The notes beneath the pieces are model-generated. The model searched no databases. It was not told the origin of the DNA and saw nothing but the letters and a program-made list of their open reading frames with translations. A DNA stretch of 35,677 nt from Eubacteriales bacterium (GTDB lineage Bacteria; Bacillota; Clostridia; Oscillospirales; CAG-272): positions 1 to 35,677 of the forward strand of contig JAZQVZ010000009.1 of assembly GCA_045632105.1 (NCBI GenBank). Direction: 5' to 3'. A program made the position numbers and the translations under genes. Numbering within the stretch: position 1 is the stretch's first letter; every line of letters begins with the position of its first letter. Of the stretch, positions 13,018-22,482 are shown one piece after another.

Positions 13018-13434
13018 TCACACGCTCTGAATAGCGCCGTCTATCAAGATAATATTCCCCTTTTTCGGGTATTTGACTCCCCTCTTCCCAAACCTGCGAA
13101 CAATAAGCCTCGGCGGCATCATAAGCTCGGTTTTTGTGTCAAAGATCACCCCTCGCACAAAGGTCATTCTGTCCTCGTTTTTCGCAATCTCGGCGCGTAT
13201 AAGGAGCGACAGCGCGCCGTTCCCGTGATGTGTTACCTTGATCTTCATTTCATAGACTCTTCGCCCTTCTCCCGAAAAAAGCGTTTCTTTGCAATACTCC
13301 TCGCAGTTGTCGGCGACCTTCTTAAGCAGAGCGCTTATTTGGGGATATTCACTAAACACGGGATATTCCATCCTGTACCGAAGGACCTCGTTGCCTCCCT
13401 GATAAAGCCTGTTTTTTCTGACAGCATATTCCAT
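13018..13434 (-). CDS. Hypothetical protein, possibly DUF4163 (PdaC/SigV-type)-like
   Basis: ATG at 13434 with GGAGG. The pattern EYPVF..IS....YEMKIKVT...GALSLLI...FDTKT resembles DUF4163-like domains, judged by eye only. Confidence 0.55.
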   Translation of the reverse strand: MEYAVRKNRLYQGGNEVLRYRMEYPVFSEYPQISALLKKVADNCEEYCKETLFSGEGRRVYEMKIKVTHHGNGALSLLIRAEIAKNEDRMTFVRGVIFDTKTELMMPPRLIVRRFGKRGVKYPKKGNIILIDGAIQSV

Positions 13435-13477
13435 AAAAAACCTCCGACGATACTCTCTTTTAAGCATATCGTCGGAG
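13435..13477 (-). terminator. Terminator after recG, overlapping the SD of the next gene
   Basis: Minus strand: CTCCGACGATA-14 nt-TATCGTCGGAG-GTTTTTT-ATG. Confidence 0.6.
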
Positions 13478-13494
13478 ATATAAAAATATTACGT

Positions 13495-15660
13495 TTAATT
13501 AACAGACGTAGTGTCAGGAGAGAACATTCTTCCAACTCGGCTCTTCAGCGCAGGATGCTTCTCAAGTCGGGGATCCTCGGCTATAAGGCTCTTTGCCTCG
13601 GCAAACGCCGCGCTCATAAGTCCTGTATCGTCGCAAAGCTCGGCAAGCTTGAAACGGACGCCGCCGCTCTGCCTCATTCTACCCTCCCCCGCAGAGCGAA
13701 GAAAGTCACCGGGTCCGCGCATCGCAAGATCCTTTTCGGCAATGCTGTAACCGTCGTAGGAGCCCTTGATAGTCATAAGCCTCTCCTTTGCGCCACCCTC
13801 CTCGTTTATAAGCTCGGACACCAGAACACAGTAGGATTTACGGTTGCCGCGTCCTACTCGCCCGCGAAGCTGGTGAAGCTGAGAAAGACCGAATCTCTCG
13901 GCATTTTCAACTATCATAAGCGACGCCGCAGGCACGTTAACACCAACCTCGATAACCGTAGTTGATACAAGCACGTCGGTCTTACCCGAAGCAAAATCCT
14001 GCATCTTCTTTTCTTTTTCTCGGCTCTTCAGCTTTCCGTGAAGGAAGTCCACGTTAAGCTCAGGCAGAGCCGCTGAAAGCTCCTCGGAGAATTTTACAGC
14101 CGACTTCAGTCGAGGCCTCTGACGCTTTTCCTCTCTTATGTCGAGAAGATCAGCGCCCGTAACGATGCTCTCCATAAGAAGATCAGCGCCGTCCTCCTCG
14201 CTCTCCTCGCTTTCCTCAACCGCAGGGCAGACCACGTAGACCTGACCCCCCTCGGCTACCTGCTTGCGAATAAAGCCGTTAAGTCTTTCACGATAGCTCT
14301 CGTCCACCACAAAGGTGTCCACTCTCTGACGTCCGGGAGGTATCTCGTCGATAGTAGATATATCAAGGTCACCGTAAAGAGCCAACGCCAGGGAACGCGG
14401 AATAGGGGTCGCGCTCATTACCAAAACGTGCGCCATAGCGTTCTTTTTAGCAAGAGCCGCCCTCTGGTCAACGCCAAATCGGTGCTGCTCGTCAACCACG
14501 GCAAGTCCCAGAGAATAGAAATCCACTCCCTCGGATATCAGCGCCTGCGTACCAACCACCACGTCTATCCTGTCCTCGCCCTCGGATGAAAGCGCAGCAT
14601 ATATTTTTCTCTTTTCTGTGGCAGAGGTCGCTCCTATCAGCAAAGCAGAGCGAAGCCCAAGGGCAGAAAATATTCCCTCAAGAGTTTCATAGTGCTGTCG
14701 CGCAAGTATTTCGGTAGGCGCCATAAGAGCCGCCTGATGTCCGCTCTGCACGGCAAAAAGCATTGCCGCCGCGGCGCAGACAGTCTTTCCGCTTCCAACG
14801 TCGCCCACTACCATTCGGCTCATAGCTCTGTCACGCGCCATATCGCTTCTTATCTCTTCTATTACCCTGCTCTGAGCCCCCGTAAGCTTATAAGGCAGGA
14901 TGCGCTCAAGAGGAGCCGCATCGCCCTCGGTACAAGGAAATGCAGGGGCGCGTCGGCTCTCGGCTCCCGCCATTGAAAGCCCCAACGCGAACTCAAAAAA
15001 TTCATCAAATATCAGTCTCTTCTTCGCCGATGCAAGAGCCACAAAGTTCTCGGGAAAATGTATATTTCTCAAGGCGTAAGAGCGCAAACAAAGGGTATAT
15101 TTCCTACGGATATCCTCGGGCAGAGGATCCTCACCCTCGCCTCCTATAGAAGCGAGTACCATAGCCGAGCGCATATCCTTGGCTATCTGCTTCTGGCTTA
15201 TCCCCTCGGTCAGGGGATACACGGGCATCAACGAAGGAAGCTCTGTCTCCTCGCTCCACGGCTCAAAGGCAGGTGAGCTCATACAGTATTTGCCCGCCTT
15301 CTTCTCTATTCTACCGTAAAATCTAAATGTGCTTCCGAGGGTAAAAACGTCTCTCAGATACTCCTGATTGAAAAATGTTATCTCACAGGTAGCGCTATCG
15401 TCATAGGCGCGAAGCTTTGTAAGGGTCATTCTGCCCTTTATTCTTACGCTCTTGGGCTGAGTGCCCACCGTAAGTATGTAAGCCGCCTTGGATATGCCGT
15501 CGCTCTCCTCGATAAGCTTGATATTTCCTCTGTCCTCGTAGCCACGGGGATAGTGGCAGAGCAGATCTTCCACGTTTTCCACGCCCATAGCCGCATAACG
15601 CGCCGCTCTCGCCGCGCCCACACCATATAGCTTTTTAATATCTGTGCTATGCGTCCTCAT
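13495..15660 (-). CDS. recG: ATP-dependent DNA helicase RecG
   Basis: DLLCHYPRGYEDR wedge region, GDVGSGKT, MAPTEILARQH, DEQHRFG, MSATPIPR, TTVIEVGVNVP, RFGLSQLHQLRGRVGRG, DLAMRGPGDF. ATG at 15660 with GGAGG. Confidence 0.97.
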   Translation of the reverse strand: MRTHSTDIKKLYGVGAARAARYAAMGVENVEDLLCHYPRGYEDRGNIKLIEESDGISKAAYILTVGTQPKSVRIKGRMTLTKLRAYDDSATCEITFFNQEYLRDVFTLGSTFRFYGRIEKKAGKYCMSSPAFEPWSEETELPSLMPVYPLTEGISQKQIAKDMRSAMVLASIGGEGEDPLPEDIRRKYTLCLRSYALRNIHFPENFVALASAKKRLIFDEFFEFALGLSMAGAESRRAPAFPCTEGDAAPLERILPYKLTGAQSRVIEEIRSDMARDRAMSRMVVGDVGSGKTVCAAAAMLFAVQSGHQAALMAPTEILARQHYETLEGIFSALGLRSALLIGATSATEKRKIYAALSSEGEDRIDVVVGTQALISEGVDFYSLGLAVVDEQHRFGVDQRAALAKKNAMAHVLVMSATPIPRSLALALYGDLDISTIDEIPPGRQRVDTFVVDESYRERLNGFIRKQVAEGGQVYVVCPAVEESEESEEDGADLLMESIVTGADLLDIREEKRQRPRLKSAVKFSEELSAALPELNVDFLHGKLKSREKEKKMQDFASGKTDVLVSTTVIEVGVNVPAASLMIVENAERFGLSQLHQLRGRVGRGNRKSYCVLVSELINEEGGAKERLMTIKGSYDGYSIAEKDLAMRGPGDFLRSAGEGRMRQSGGVRFKLAELCDDTGLMSAAFAEAKSLIAEDPRLEKHPALKSRVGRMFSPDTTSVN

Positions 15661-15687
15661 TCTGCCCTCCCGTAAAATCTTTTTTAT

Positions 15688-15717
15688 ATTATACACCACA
15701 TAAACAAGCTATGTCAA
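15688..15717 (-). promoter_or_regulatory. Sigma-A promoter of recG
   Basis: TTGACA-18 nt-TATAAT on the minus strand. Confidence 0.65.
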
Positions 15718-15792
15718 GGAGATTTACTCACAAATAGCCCTATCTCGCCTTTGTTATATTTTACGAAAAATCATATTCGACGCTTTTTGTTC

Positions 15793-15821
15793 TTGACAAG
15801 AGCGGCTATGTGTTGTATAAT
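15793..15821 (+). promoter_or_regulatory. Sigma-A promoter of the LRR lipoprotein gene
   Basis: Perfect TTGACA-17 nt-TATAAT. Confidence 0.8.
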
Positions 15822-15863
15822 GTAGAATAGGATAAATATTATTATGCGAACCGGAGGTTAGCA

Positions 15864-17000
15864 ATGAAAAAGATATTAGCACTTATGTTGGCGGCACTTT
15901 TGATATTCTGTATGTTCGCCTGCTCAGATCGTGATACTACCGAAATCGACGAAGAAGAAGAGGTAGGCAACGAAAACTCGATAACCGTTAAGAGCGGAAA
16001 ATTCGTATACGAGTCCAACGCCGACGGTGATTATGAAATAGTTGAATACATTCCCGCAAGCGTAGATGTGATCGACCTCCTTGAGCTTCCCACGGCTACC
16101 GAGGACGGAAGAGAGATAATCGGAATTGCCGACGAGGCATTTAAGGCAAACCTTACTATAAAGGCTGTAAAGATTCCCGAAACCTATGTAAACATTGGAA
16201 ACTATGCATTCTATGGATGCGAGAACCTTGTAAGCGTTACTATGACCGATAGCGTTAAGACGATCGGTGCGTACTGCTTCGCAGAATGTGGCAAGCTTTC
16301 CGGCGTTACACTTTCCAAGTCTGTCACCAAGATAGACGAAGGAACCTTCAAGAACTGTGCTTCTCTCGCTACTCTCGCTCTTTCCAACAAGACCGAGCAG
16401 ATCTGCGACGGCGCATTCTTCGGCTGCAAAAAGCTTGCGGCTCTCGAGCTTACCGAAAACCTCAAGAAGATAACCAAGAACGCATTCTACGGCTGTGACG
16501 CTCTTACCTACACGGTAGACGGCAACGCTAAGTATCTTGGAAACGCTGAGAACCCCTACCTTGTTCTCGTAAGCGCACTTGACCTCAACATTGAGGAATG
16601 CACTGTTAACGAGGCTACCGTTGTTGTCGCAGACAACGCTTTTGCTAACTGCATCTATCTTGAATCTCTCACTCTTGGCGCAAAGGTAAAGAACATTACC
16701 AATGCTGCAATATCGAACTGCGAGGCTCTCGAGCTTAACGAATATGAGAACGCTCTCTATCTCGGAACTGCTGAGAACCCCTATATGGTTCTCGTATCCG
16801 TTATCAACGTTTCTCATGAGAACCTCAAGCTCCACGCTGACACAGCTATCATAACCGCAGGAGCATTTGAGCACTGCCTTAAGCTGAAGGCTATCAGCTA
16901 CGAAAAGTCCACCGAGGACTGGAACAACATCATCAAGGCTGAGAGCTGGGCACACAAGCTTAACATAACCGTTGTATGCCACGGCGACGATGCAGAATAA
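15864..17000 (+). CDS. BspA-type leucine-rich-repeat (LRR_5) surface lipoprotein
   Basis: Signal peptide with lipobox MFAC (Cys20); repeated IGxxAFxxCxxLxxVxxxxxV units. Confidence 0.88.
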   Translation: MKKILALMLAALLIFCMFACSDRDTTEIDEEEEVGNENSITVKSGKFVYESNADGDYEIVEYIPASVDVIDLLELPTATEDGREIIGIADEAFKANLTIKAVKIPETYVNIGNYAFYGCENLVSVTMTDSVKTIGAYCFAECGKLSGVTLSKSVTKIDEGTFKNCASLATLALSNKTEQICDGAFFGCKKLAALELTENLKKITKNAFYGCDALTYTVDGNAKYLGNAENPYLVLVSALDLNIEECTVNEATVVVADNAFANCIYLESLTLGAKVKNITNAAISNCEALELNEYENALYLGTAENPYMVLVSVINVSHENLKLHADTAIITAGAFEHCLKLKAISYEKSTEDWNNIIKAESWAHKLNITVVCHGDDAE

Positions 17001-17013
17001 TTAAACAAAAAAC

Positions 17014-17038
17014 AAGGCGCACGTAAAACGTGCGCCTT
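17014..17038. terminator. Bidirectional terminator between convergent genes
   Basis: AAGGCGCACG-taaaa-CGTGCGCCTT with A-rich and T-rich flanks. Confidence 0.75.
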
Positions 17039-17042
17039 AATT

Positions 17043-17936
17043 TTATTTTAAAAATACAAGCTCGCTCTGCTTGATGCCAAGTATTGCCGAAAGATCGTAT
17101 CTGTGAGGATGAAATTCCACGCTCACAGCTCCGTTCTCCTCGGTGGTATGCAGGGACATATATCTGTCAGCGGCGATTCCCTCCCACTCTATCATCTCCT
17201 TGGAGATGCAGACAGGCAGATGGCAATTAAAGCCGACGTTCACAAGCGCCGACCCGGCTCTTGAGCTTATATAAATTCTCGCCTCTCTGTCGGGGGCGTT
17301 TTTTCTTGCCGATGAAAGCATCGTAAACAGAAATGCGGTAAGCAATGGCAGATCGGTGTTACTATATTCACCCTCGGCTATCTCGACCTCCACAGGACAA
17401 CCGGTGAAAAGTGACACCCTGTGGCATTGCTCCAGGATCACCCTGCTCTGCTCCTCGGCGCTCTTTGCTCTCTTAAGCCTATCCATACCGTAAAAGCAAC
17501 GCTTGATATCTCTGCAAAATCTCGAGAAGGGCTCCTCAAGGAGCATTATCTCCCTTGATATACGAGCGCGCTTTACGTCGGCATAGCAGGAGCATTCAAA
17601 CATTTCCTGGGCGCCGCAAAGCTTTATAAGTCTGTACAGCGAGCGTGCGCTCATATCGAACATGAACACCGCGCAAAGCGATGACGAGGGAAATATCGAC
17701 GGAGATATCACTATACTCCGCTCGCCGTCATCAACCACCAAAAGCTTGTCGGTGTAGCTTCTTGCAAACTCGTATATTTCCACTCTCTTGCATAAGGGCA
17801 GAGCCAGAAGATCTCTGTCCTCACCGCCAAAGCATTCACTATTTATTATAACCGAAGGCGAGGAGCGGAAGGATATCAATCCCTGTGAGCAGATAAACCT
17901 TCTGCCCATCGCCTTCTGACGTGAATAAGCACTCAC
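17043..17936 (-). CDS. Hypothetical protein; C-terminal part resembles a degenerate HATPase_c (GHKL) fold
   Basis: GTG start with AAGGAG, directly downstream of the ABC transporter gene. The fold resemblance is by eye only. Confidence 0.65.
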   Translation of the reverse strand: MSAYSRQKAMGRRFICSQGLISFRSSPSVIINSECFGGEDRDLLALPLCKRVEIYEFARSYTDKLLVVDDGERSIVISPSIFPSSSLCAVFMFDMSARSLYRLIKLCGAQEMFECSCYADVKRARISREIMLLEEPFSRFCRDIKRCFYGMDRLKRAKSAEEQSRVILEQCHRVSLFTGCPVEVEIAEGEYSNTDLPLLTAFLFTMLSSARKNAPDREARIYISSRAGSALVNVGFNCHLPVCISKEMIEWEGIAADRYMSLHTTEENGAVSVEFHPHRYDLSAILGIKQSELVFLK

Positions 17937-17948
17937 TTCTAACTCCTT

Positions 17949-19724
17949 TTATAAGCTTGAATACATTTTGTAAAGCTCGCTGTAAATTCCACCCTTTTCA
18001 AGAAGCTCACCATGCTTACCCTCCTCGGCTATGCCGTTCTCGGTTATAACAAGTATGCGGTCGGCATTTCTTATGGTGGTAAGTCTGTGAGCAATAGTAA
18101 AGGTGGTTCTTCCCTTTGCCAACGCTTCAAGCGACTGCTGAACTATACGCTCGCTCTCGTTGTCAAGAGCGCTGGTCGCTTCGTCAAGAATAAGTATGGG
18201 GGGGTTCTTAAGAAATACTCGAGCAATAGAAATTCTCTGCTTCTGACCGCCCGACAGCTTCATTCCACGCTCACCAACGTAGGTGTCATATCCCTCGGGA
18301 AGAGCCTCGATAAATTCAGCCGCGCCCGCAAGACGAGCCGCCTCTCTTATCTCCTCGTCGGTAGCTCCTATCCTTCCGTAGGCAATATTTTCACGAATGC
18401 TGCCCGAGAAAAGGTAAACGTCCTGAGCAACCACGCCGATATTTCCTCTGAGCGAGTCAAGAGTAACTCTCTTTATATCCTTACCGTCGATAAATATACT
18501 ACCCTCGGTAGCGTCATAAAATCTCGGTATAAGCGAGCAAAGAGTAGTCTTTCCGCCGCCCGATGGGCCCACAAGAGCAATATTCTCACCGGGTCTTACG
18601 TGAAGATCCATGTTCTCGATGATATTTTTGCCGTTGCTTTCATAATGGAAGGAAACACCTTCAAATCTGATCTCACCGCGAACCTCGGTCAGCTCCTCGG
18701 CATCAATGCAATTCTCGATATCGGGCTCCATATCCATTACCTCACAGAAGCGCTCGATACCCGTAATTCCACGCTGGAACTGCTCGGTAAACTCAACTAT
18801 ACGTCGAACCGAGGTTATAAGAGTGCCCACGAACAAGAGATACGCCGCATAGTCGGCAACGCTGATGCCCGAGGTAACGCCTCCGTCACCGTAAAGCAGG
18901 AAGAGCGCGCCCACAACAACCACCACGATATACATAAAGCCTTCGCAAAGTCGAGTAGATGACTGGAAGCTTGCCATTATGTAATATACCGTGCTCTTAA
19001 TAGACAGGAATTTTTTATTGCCCTTATCGAACTTCTCCTCCTCTACCTTCTCGTTGGCAAAGGATTTGACCACGCGAATACCAAGCAAGCTATCCTCTAT
19101 CTGGGAATTAAGCTCACCTACCTGCTTTCGCGACTCGCGGAAGCCAAGCTTCATCTTATTTCTAAAGATACCGAGAACCGCTATCATAGGAGGAACACAA
19201 GCAAATACTATAAGCGTCAGCCAAGGATTTATGCCGCAAAGCAATATGAACGAGCAGATTATTTTGATACCCGCAATAAAGAACTCCTCGGGACAGTGGT
19301 GAGCAAATTCGGTAACGTCGAAAAGGTCGCTTGTTATTCTCGACATCAGCGTACCCACCTTAGTGTTGTCATAATAGGAAAAGGACAGCTTCTGCAAGTG
19401 TGCAAAAAAGTCTCTTCGCATATCGGTCTCAAGACGGGTTCCCATTATGTGACCCATAGACGCCATATAATAATTCGCCAGAGTGTCTATGATCCTCAGT
19501 ACCAGATAAAGAATTCCGCAACGGAGTATCAGCTCAAGGGTCAACGACATAGGCTCCGCCATTGCGGCTCCGGTTATCTCTCTTACTATCATAGGAAGCA
19601 CCAGCTCGCAAACGGTAGTCAGCGCCGCGCAAAACAGATCGAGAATAAGTATTCCCTTGTATTTCTTATAATAAGGCAAAAATCTTCTTAAAAAATAAGA
19701 TTTGCCCTTTTTGTTTTCCTTCAT
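17949..19724 (-). CDS. ABC exporter, fused permease/ATPase (MsbA/multidrug type)
   Basis: N-terminal TM domain; Walker A GPSGGGKTT, signature LSGGQKQR, Walker B ILILDEATSALD, IAHRL. Confidence 0.95.
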   Translation of the reverse strand: MKENKKGKSYFLRRFLPYYKKYKGILILDLFCAALTTVCELVLPMIVREITGAAMAEPMSLTLELILRCGILYLVLRIIDTLANYYMASMGHIMGTRLETDMRRDFFAHLQKLSFSYYDNTKVGTLMSRITSDLFDVTEFAHHCPEEFFIAGIKIICSFILLCGINPWLTLIVFACVPPMIAVLGIFRNKMKLGFRESRKQVGELNSQIEDSLLGIRVVKSFANEKVEEEKFDKGNKKFLSIKSTVYYIMASFQSSTRLCEGFMYIVVVVVGALFLLYGDGGVTSGISVADYAAYLLFVGTLITSVRRIVEFTEQFQRGITGIERFCEVMDMEPDIENCIDAEELTEVRGEIRFEGVSFHYESNGKNIIENMDLHVRPGENIALVGPSGGGKTTLCSLIPRFYDATEGSIFIDGKDIKRVTLDSLRGNIGVVAQDVYLFSGSIRENIAYGRIGATDEEIREAARLAGAAEFIEALPEGYDTYVGERGMKLSGGQKQRISIARVFLKNPPILILDEATSALDNESERIVQQSLEALAKGRTTFTIAHRLTTIRNADRILVITENGIAEEGKHGELLEKGGIYSELYKMYSSL

Positions 19725-19744
19725 TAAAAACCTCTCTTATAATA

Positions 19745-19781
19745 GAAAATTATCCGACGAAACATAATTCCGTCGGATAAT
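19745..19781 (-). terminator. Terminator-like hairpin after the metallophosphoesterase gene
   Basis: ATTATCCGACG...CGTCGGATAAT followed by a short T run on the minus strand. Confidence 0.6.
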
Positions 19782-19789
19782 CATTTTTA

Positions 19790-20905
19790 TTAGTCAACTA
19801 TCTCGTCGGTAAGAATATTACCCTCGTTATCATTAAAGATAACTCTCTTCCTGCCACCATCGCTAAGAACCAATCCGCAACCGATGAACTTGTTGCCGTT
19901 CTCCTTGTCAAAGATAGGCTCAGAGCCTACTATGGCAGTACAGGGCTGACCCAGATGGTCAAAGGTCGAGCCTACGGGCTGTATGCTCATTTTGTGGTGA
20001 TGACCGTGGAGCATAAGATCGGGTTTTACGTACTCGCGAAGCAATCTTGCCCACTCGCCGTATATCTCCTGCTCGATATTAAAGGGTTCTCTGTCTATAC
20101 GGGTAAAGTTGATATGTGTTATGATAAGCTTATGCTTTACGCCCTCTGCCGCATATTCCTTATCGGCATTGTCAATAAGCTCCTTGATATACTCGGTCTC
20201 TTCCTCTCTGAACTGATGGAAGCAGATAGTTCCGCCGTACTCCTCGTGCTCGTCGACCTTGTCCTCGCCGCAGTCAAGAAGCAGACCCCAGACACAGCCA
20301 ACACGGAAGGAATAATAGGTCTTTCCGTTGAGAGTGGGAATGTAGTTGGGCATATCCTCGGCGTGGATTCCACGGGTGTCGTGGTTTCCTCTGCCGAAAA
20401 CAACAGGACACTGACCGCCTGTGATACCTGCCGAGATCTCACAGATAGCGTTGAAGTTCTTTATATCTCCGCTGTGGTTGGGAATATCTCCGTTAAGGAT
20501 AAGGAGATCTATCTCCTCACCGAAAATGCTGCCAGCCGCTACGGGCTCTGCCACCATATTGTGAGCATCCGCCACGTGATATACCTTTATATCTCCACCG
20601 TCCTTAACAGGTCTGAACTTAACGGTCAGCTCTCTTTCAGCCTCGCTCTTGGGGAAATAGGGGCAGCGCTCTATCATCTTCTTGTAGACGACGGTGTACT
20701 CTCCTGCCGCATCAAGAACGCTCATGGGAAGCTCTACCTTGTGCATATTGGTGTTGGAGCGAAGAATACCGTTGCAATGATCGTAATAGGTCTTATCGCC
20801 TACCTTGACCCACATTATTACCTCTGCAGAAAAGGGTACGAAAATGTTGTACTTATTGCCAACGGCAAAGACCGTGGGGTATGTCAGCATATATTCGGGA
20901 AGCAT
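19790..20905 (-). CDS. Calcineurin-like metallophosphoesterase (purple-acid-phosphatase-like architecture), cytoplasmic
   Basis: Motifs DAH, NGD, GNHD, TH, GHHH; no signal peptide. Confidence 0.88.
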   Translation of the reverse strand: MLPEYMLTYPTVFAVGNKYNIFVPFSAEVIMWVKVGDKTYYDHCNGILRSNTNMHKVELPMSVLDAAGEYTVVYKKMIERCPYFPKSEAERELTVKFRPVKDGGDIKVYHVADAHNMVAEPVAAGSIFGEEIDLLILNGDIPNHSGDIKNFNAICEISAGITGGQCPVVFGRGNHDTRGIHAEDMPNYIPTLNGKTYYSFRVGCVWGLLLDCGEDKVDEHEEYGGTICFHQFREEETEYIKELIDNADKEYAAEGVKHKLIITHINFTRIDREPFNIEQEIYGEWARLLREYVKPDLMLHGHHHKMSIQPVGSTFDHLGQPCTAIVGSEPIFDKENGNKFIGCGLVLSDGGRKRVIFNDNEGNILTDEIVD

Positions 20906-20935
20906 AGTTCACCCTCCTTATAATTTACTGTTTTT

Positions 20936-20964
20936 ATTATAGCACATATTTCTGCGCTTTTCAA
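20936..20964 (-). promoter_or_regulatory. Sigma-A promoter
   Basis: TTGAAA-17 nt-TATAAT with extended TG. Confidence 0.7.
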
Positions 20965-20977
20965 TGATTTTATAAAT

Positions 20978-21009
20978 AAAAAGGCTGTTTTACAAGGAAA
21001 ACAGCCTTT
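20978..21009 (-). terminator. Terminator after the cation:proton antiporter gene
   Basis: AAAGGCTGTTTT...AAAACAGCCTTT, followed by Ts on the minus strand. Confidence 0.7.
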
Positions 21010-21013
21010 AAAA

Positions 21014-22321
21014 TTACATATTTTCTTCTTTCTTTCTGCTCTTGTGTACCAAAAGCTTCCACGCCTCGTCTCTTGCGCTGACCTTCTCTTCGGGCTTGAT
21101 CTCTCCTGCCTTCTCCAAGGCTATCTTAGTGAGAAGAGGACCAACGATCTCGTAGATAAGAACTGCAAAGAGGGTGATGTTTGCGACTATTCCGCCAACC
21201 ACGCCAAGCGCCTTTGCCTTGATAGCCATACCAAGAGCAACACCTGCCTGAGGAAGAAGGGTTATTCCGAGATACTTTACGATATTCTTGTCGCATCCGG
21301 TTGCCTTTGCGCTGACGCAAGATCCGCTGTACTTACCGAGAGAACGGAAAAGAATATAAACCACACCGATAAGAACTATTGTCCAGTCGGTGAATACCGA
21401 AAGCTTAAGCTCCGCGCCGCTGAGCACGAAGAACAGAACCAACAGGGGCGCCGACCATCTCTCTACTCTCTCCATAAGCTCCTCGGAGAAATCGCACTCG
21501 TTGCAAAATACGGTTCCCAGCATCATACAAACCAGAAGCGAGGAGAATGCTACGTGAACTCCAAATATCTCGAACTTCATCATAGAAAGCGCTACGGTCA
21601 CGAAAATAAACGCAACCGACATGGAAAGACGCTTGGAGCGAGAATGGAAGAACTTCTCAGAAAAGGTGTAAAGGAAGCCCATAAGTGCGCCAAGACCCAG
21701 CGAGAGGATAACCTCAAGCAGAGGCTCTACAACAATAGAAAGAACGTCTGCTCTGCCCGATATGAGCGCCTTGGATATACCGAAGGATATTGCAAAGATA
21801 ACCAGACCCACAGCGTCGTCAAGAGCAACTATGGGAAGAAGGATGTCGGTCAGAGGTCCCTTAGCCTTGTACTGACGAACGACCATCAGGGTTGCCGCAG
21901 GAGCGGTTGCCGATGCTACTGCTCCGAGGACGATCGCCGAAGGGAGAGGAAGCTTGTCGGGCATAAGAAAATGAAGTCCGATAAGAGCCGCGTCAACCAG
22001 AAGGGTTGCAACTACTGCCTGGAAGATACCGATAATAGTCGCCTGCTTACCGGTCTTCTTAAGCTGACTGAGTCTGAACTCGTTTCCTATGGAAAACGCG
22101 ATAAATCCAAGAGCAACGTCTGCGATAAGCGAGAAGCTCTCGACGTGCTCCATGCTGTTAAACCCAACACCCTCTATTCCGAGAGCGCCCAGCACGTAGG
22201 GTCCCACCAGAATTCCCGCAACAAGATAAGCGGTAACGGCAGGAAGCTTTAAAACCTTTGCAAGTCTTGAGAGCATAAGGCCCGCAAATATTGCAATGGA
22301 TAATGTAAGTAAGATCTGCAT
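21014..22321 (-). CDS. Cation:proton antiporter (CPA2 / Na+/H+ exchanger family)
   Basis: LPAVTAYLVAGILVGP, FIAFSIGNEF, ATAPAAT, VALDDAVG, FFVLSGAEL, RSLGKY, LLPQAGVALG. Confidence 0.92.
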   Translation of the reverse strand: MQILLTLSIAIFAGLMLSRLAKVLKLPAVTAYLVAGILVGPYVLGALGIEGVGFNSMEHVESFSLIADVALGFIAFSIGNEFRLSQLKKTGKQATIIGIFQAVVATLLVDAALIGLHFLMPDKLPLPSAIVLGAVASATAPAATLMVVRQYKAKGPLTDILLPIVALDDAVGLVIFAISFGISKALISGRADVLSIVVEPLLEVILSLGLGALMGFLYTFSEKFFHSRSKRLSMSVAFIFVTVALSMMKFEIFGVHVAFSSLLVCMMLGTVFCNECDFSEELMERVERWSAPLLVLFFVLSGAELKLSVFTDWTIVLIGVVYILFRSLGKYSGSCVSAKATGCDKNIVKYLGITLLPQAGVALGMAIKAKALGVVGGIVANITLFAVLIYEIVGPLLTKIALEKAGEIKPEEKVSARDEAWKLLVHKSRKKEENM

Positions 22322-22363
22322 TATTTTTCTCCTATTATATAATCAAAAAATCCAACGGAAAAG

Positions 22364-22392
22364 ATTATAGCACTATCTATCCATAAAGTCAA
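22364..22392 (-). promoter_or_regulatory. Sigma-A promoter of the antiporter gene
   Basis: TTGACT-17 nt-TATAAT with extended TG. Confidence 0.75.
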
Positions 22393-22420
22393 TACTATTT
22401 ATAAAAAAGTAAAAATTCTC

Positions 22421-22449
22421 TTGCATAAAGAAAAAGTTTGTGGTATAAT
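22421..22449 (+). promoter_or_regulatory. Sigma-A promoter of the ClC gene
   Basis: TTGCAT-17 nt-TATAAT with extended TG. Confidence 0.75.
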
Positions 22450-22482
22450 CATCCCGTTATAATAGAAAAGGAGGATAAGGCA

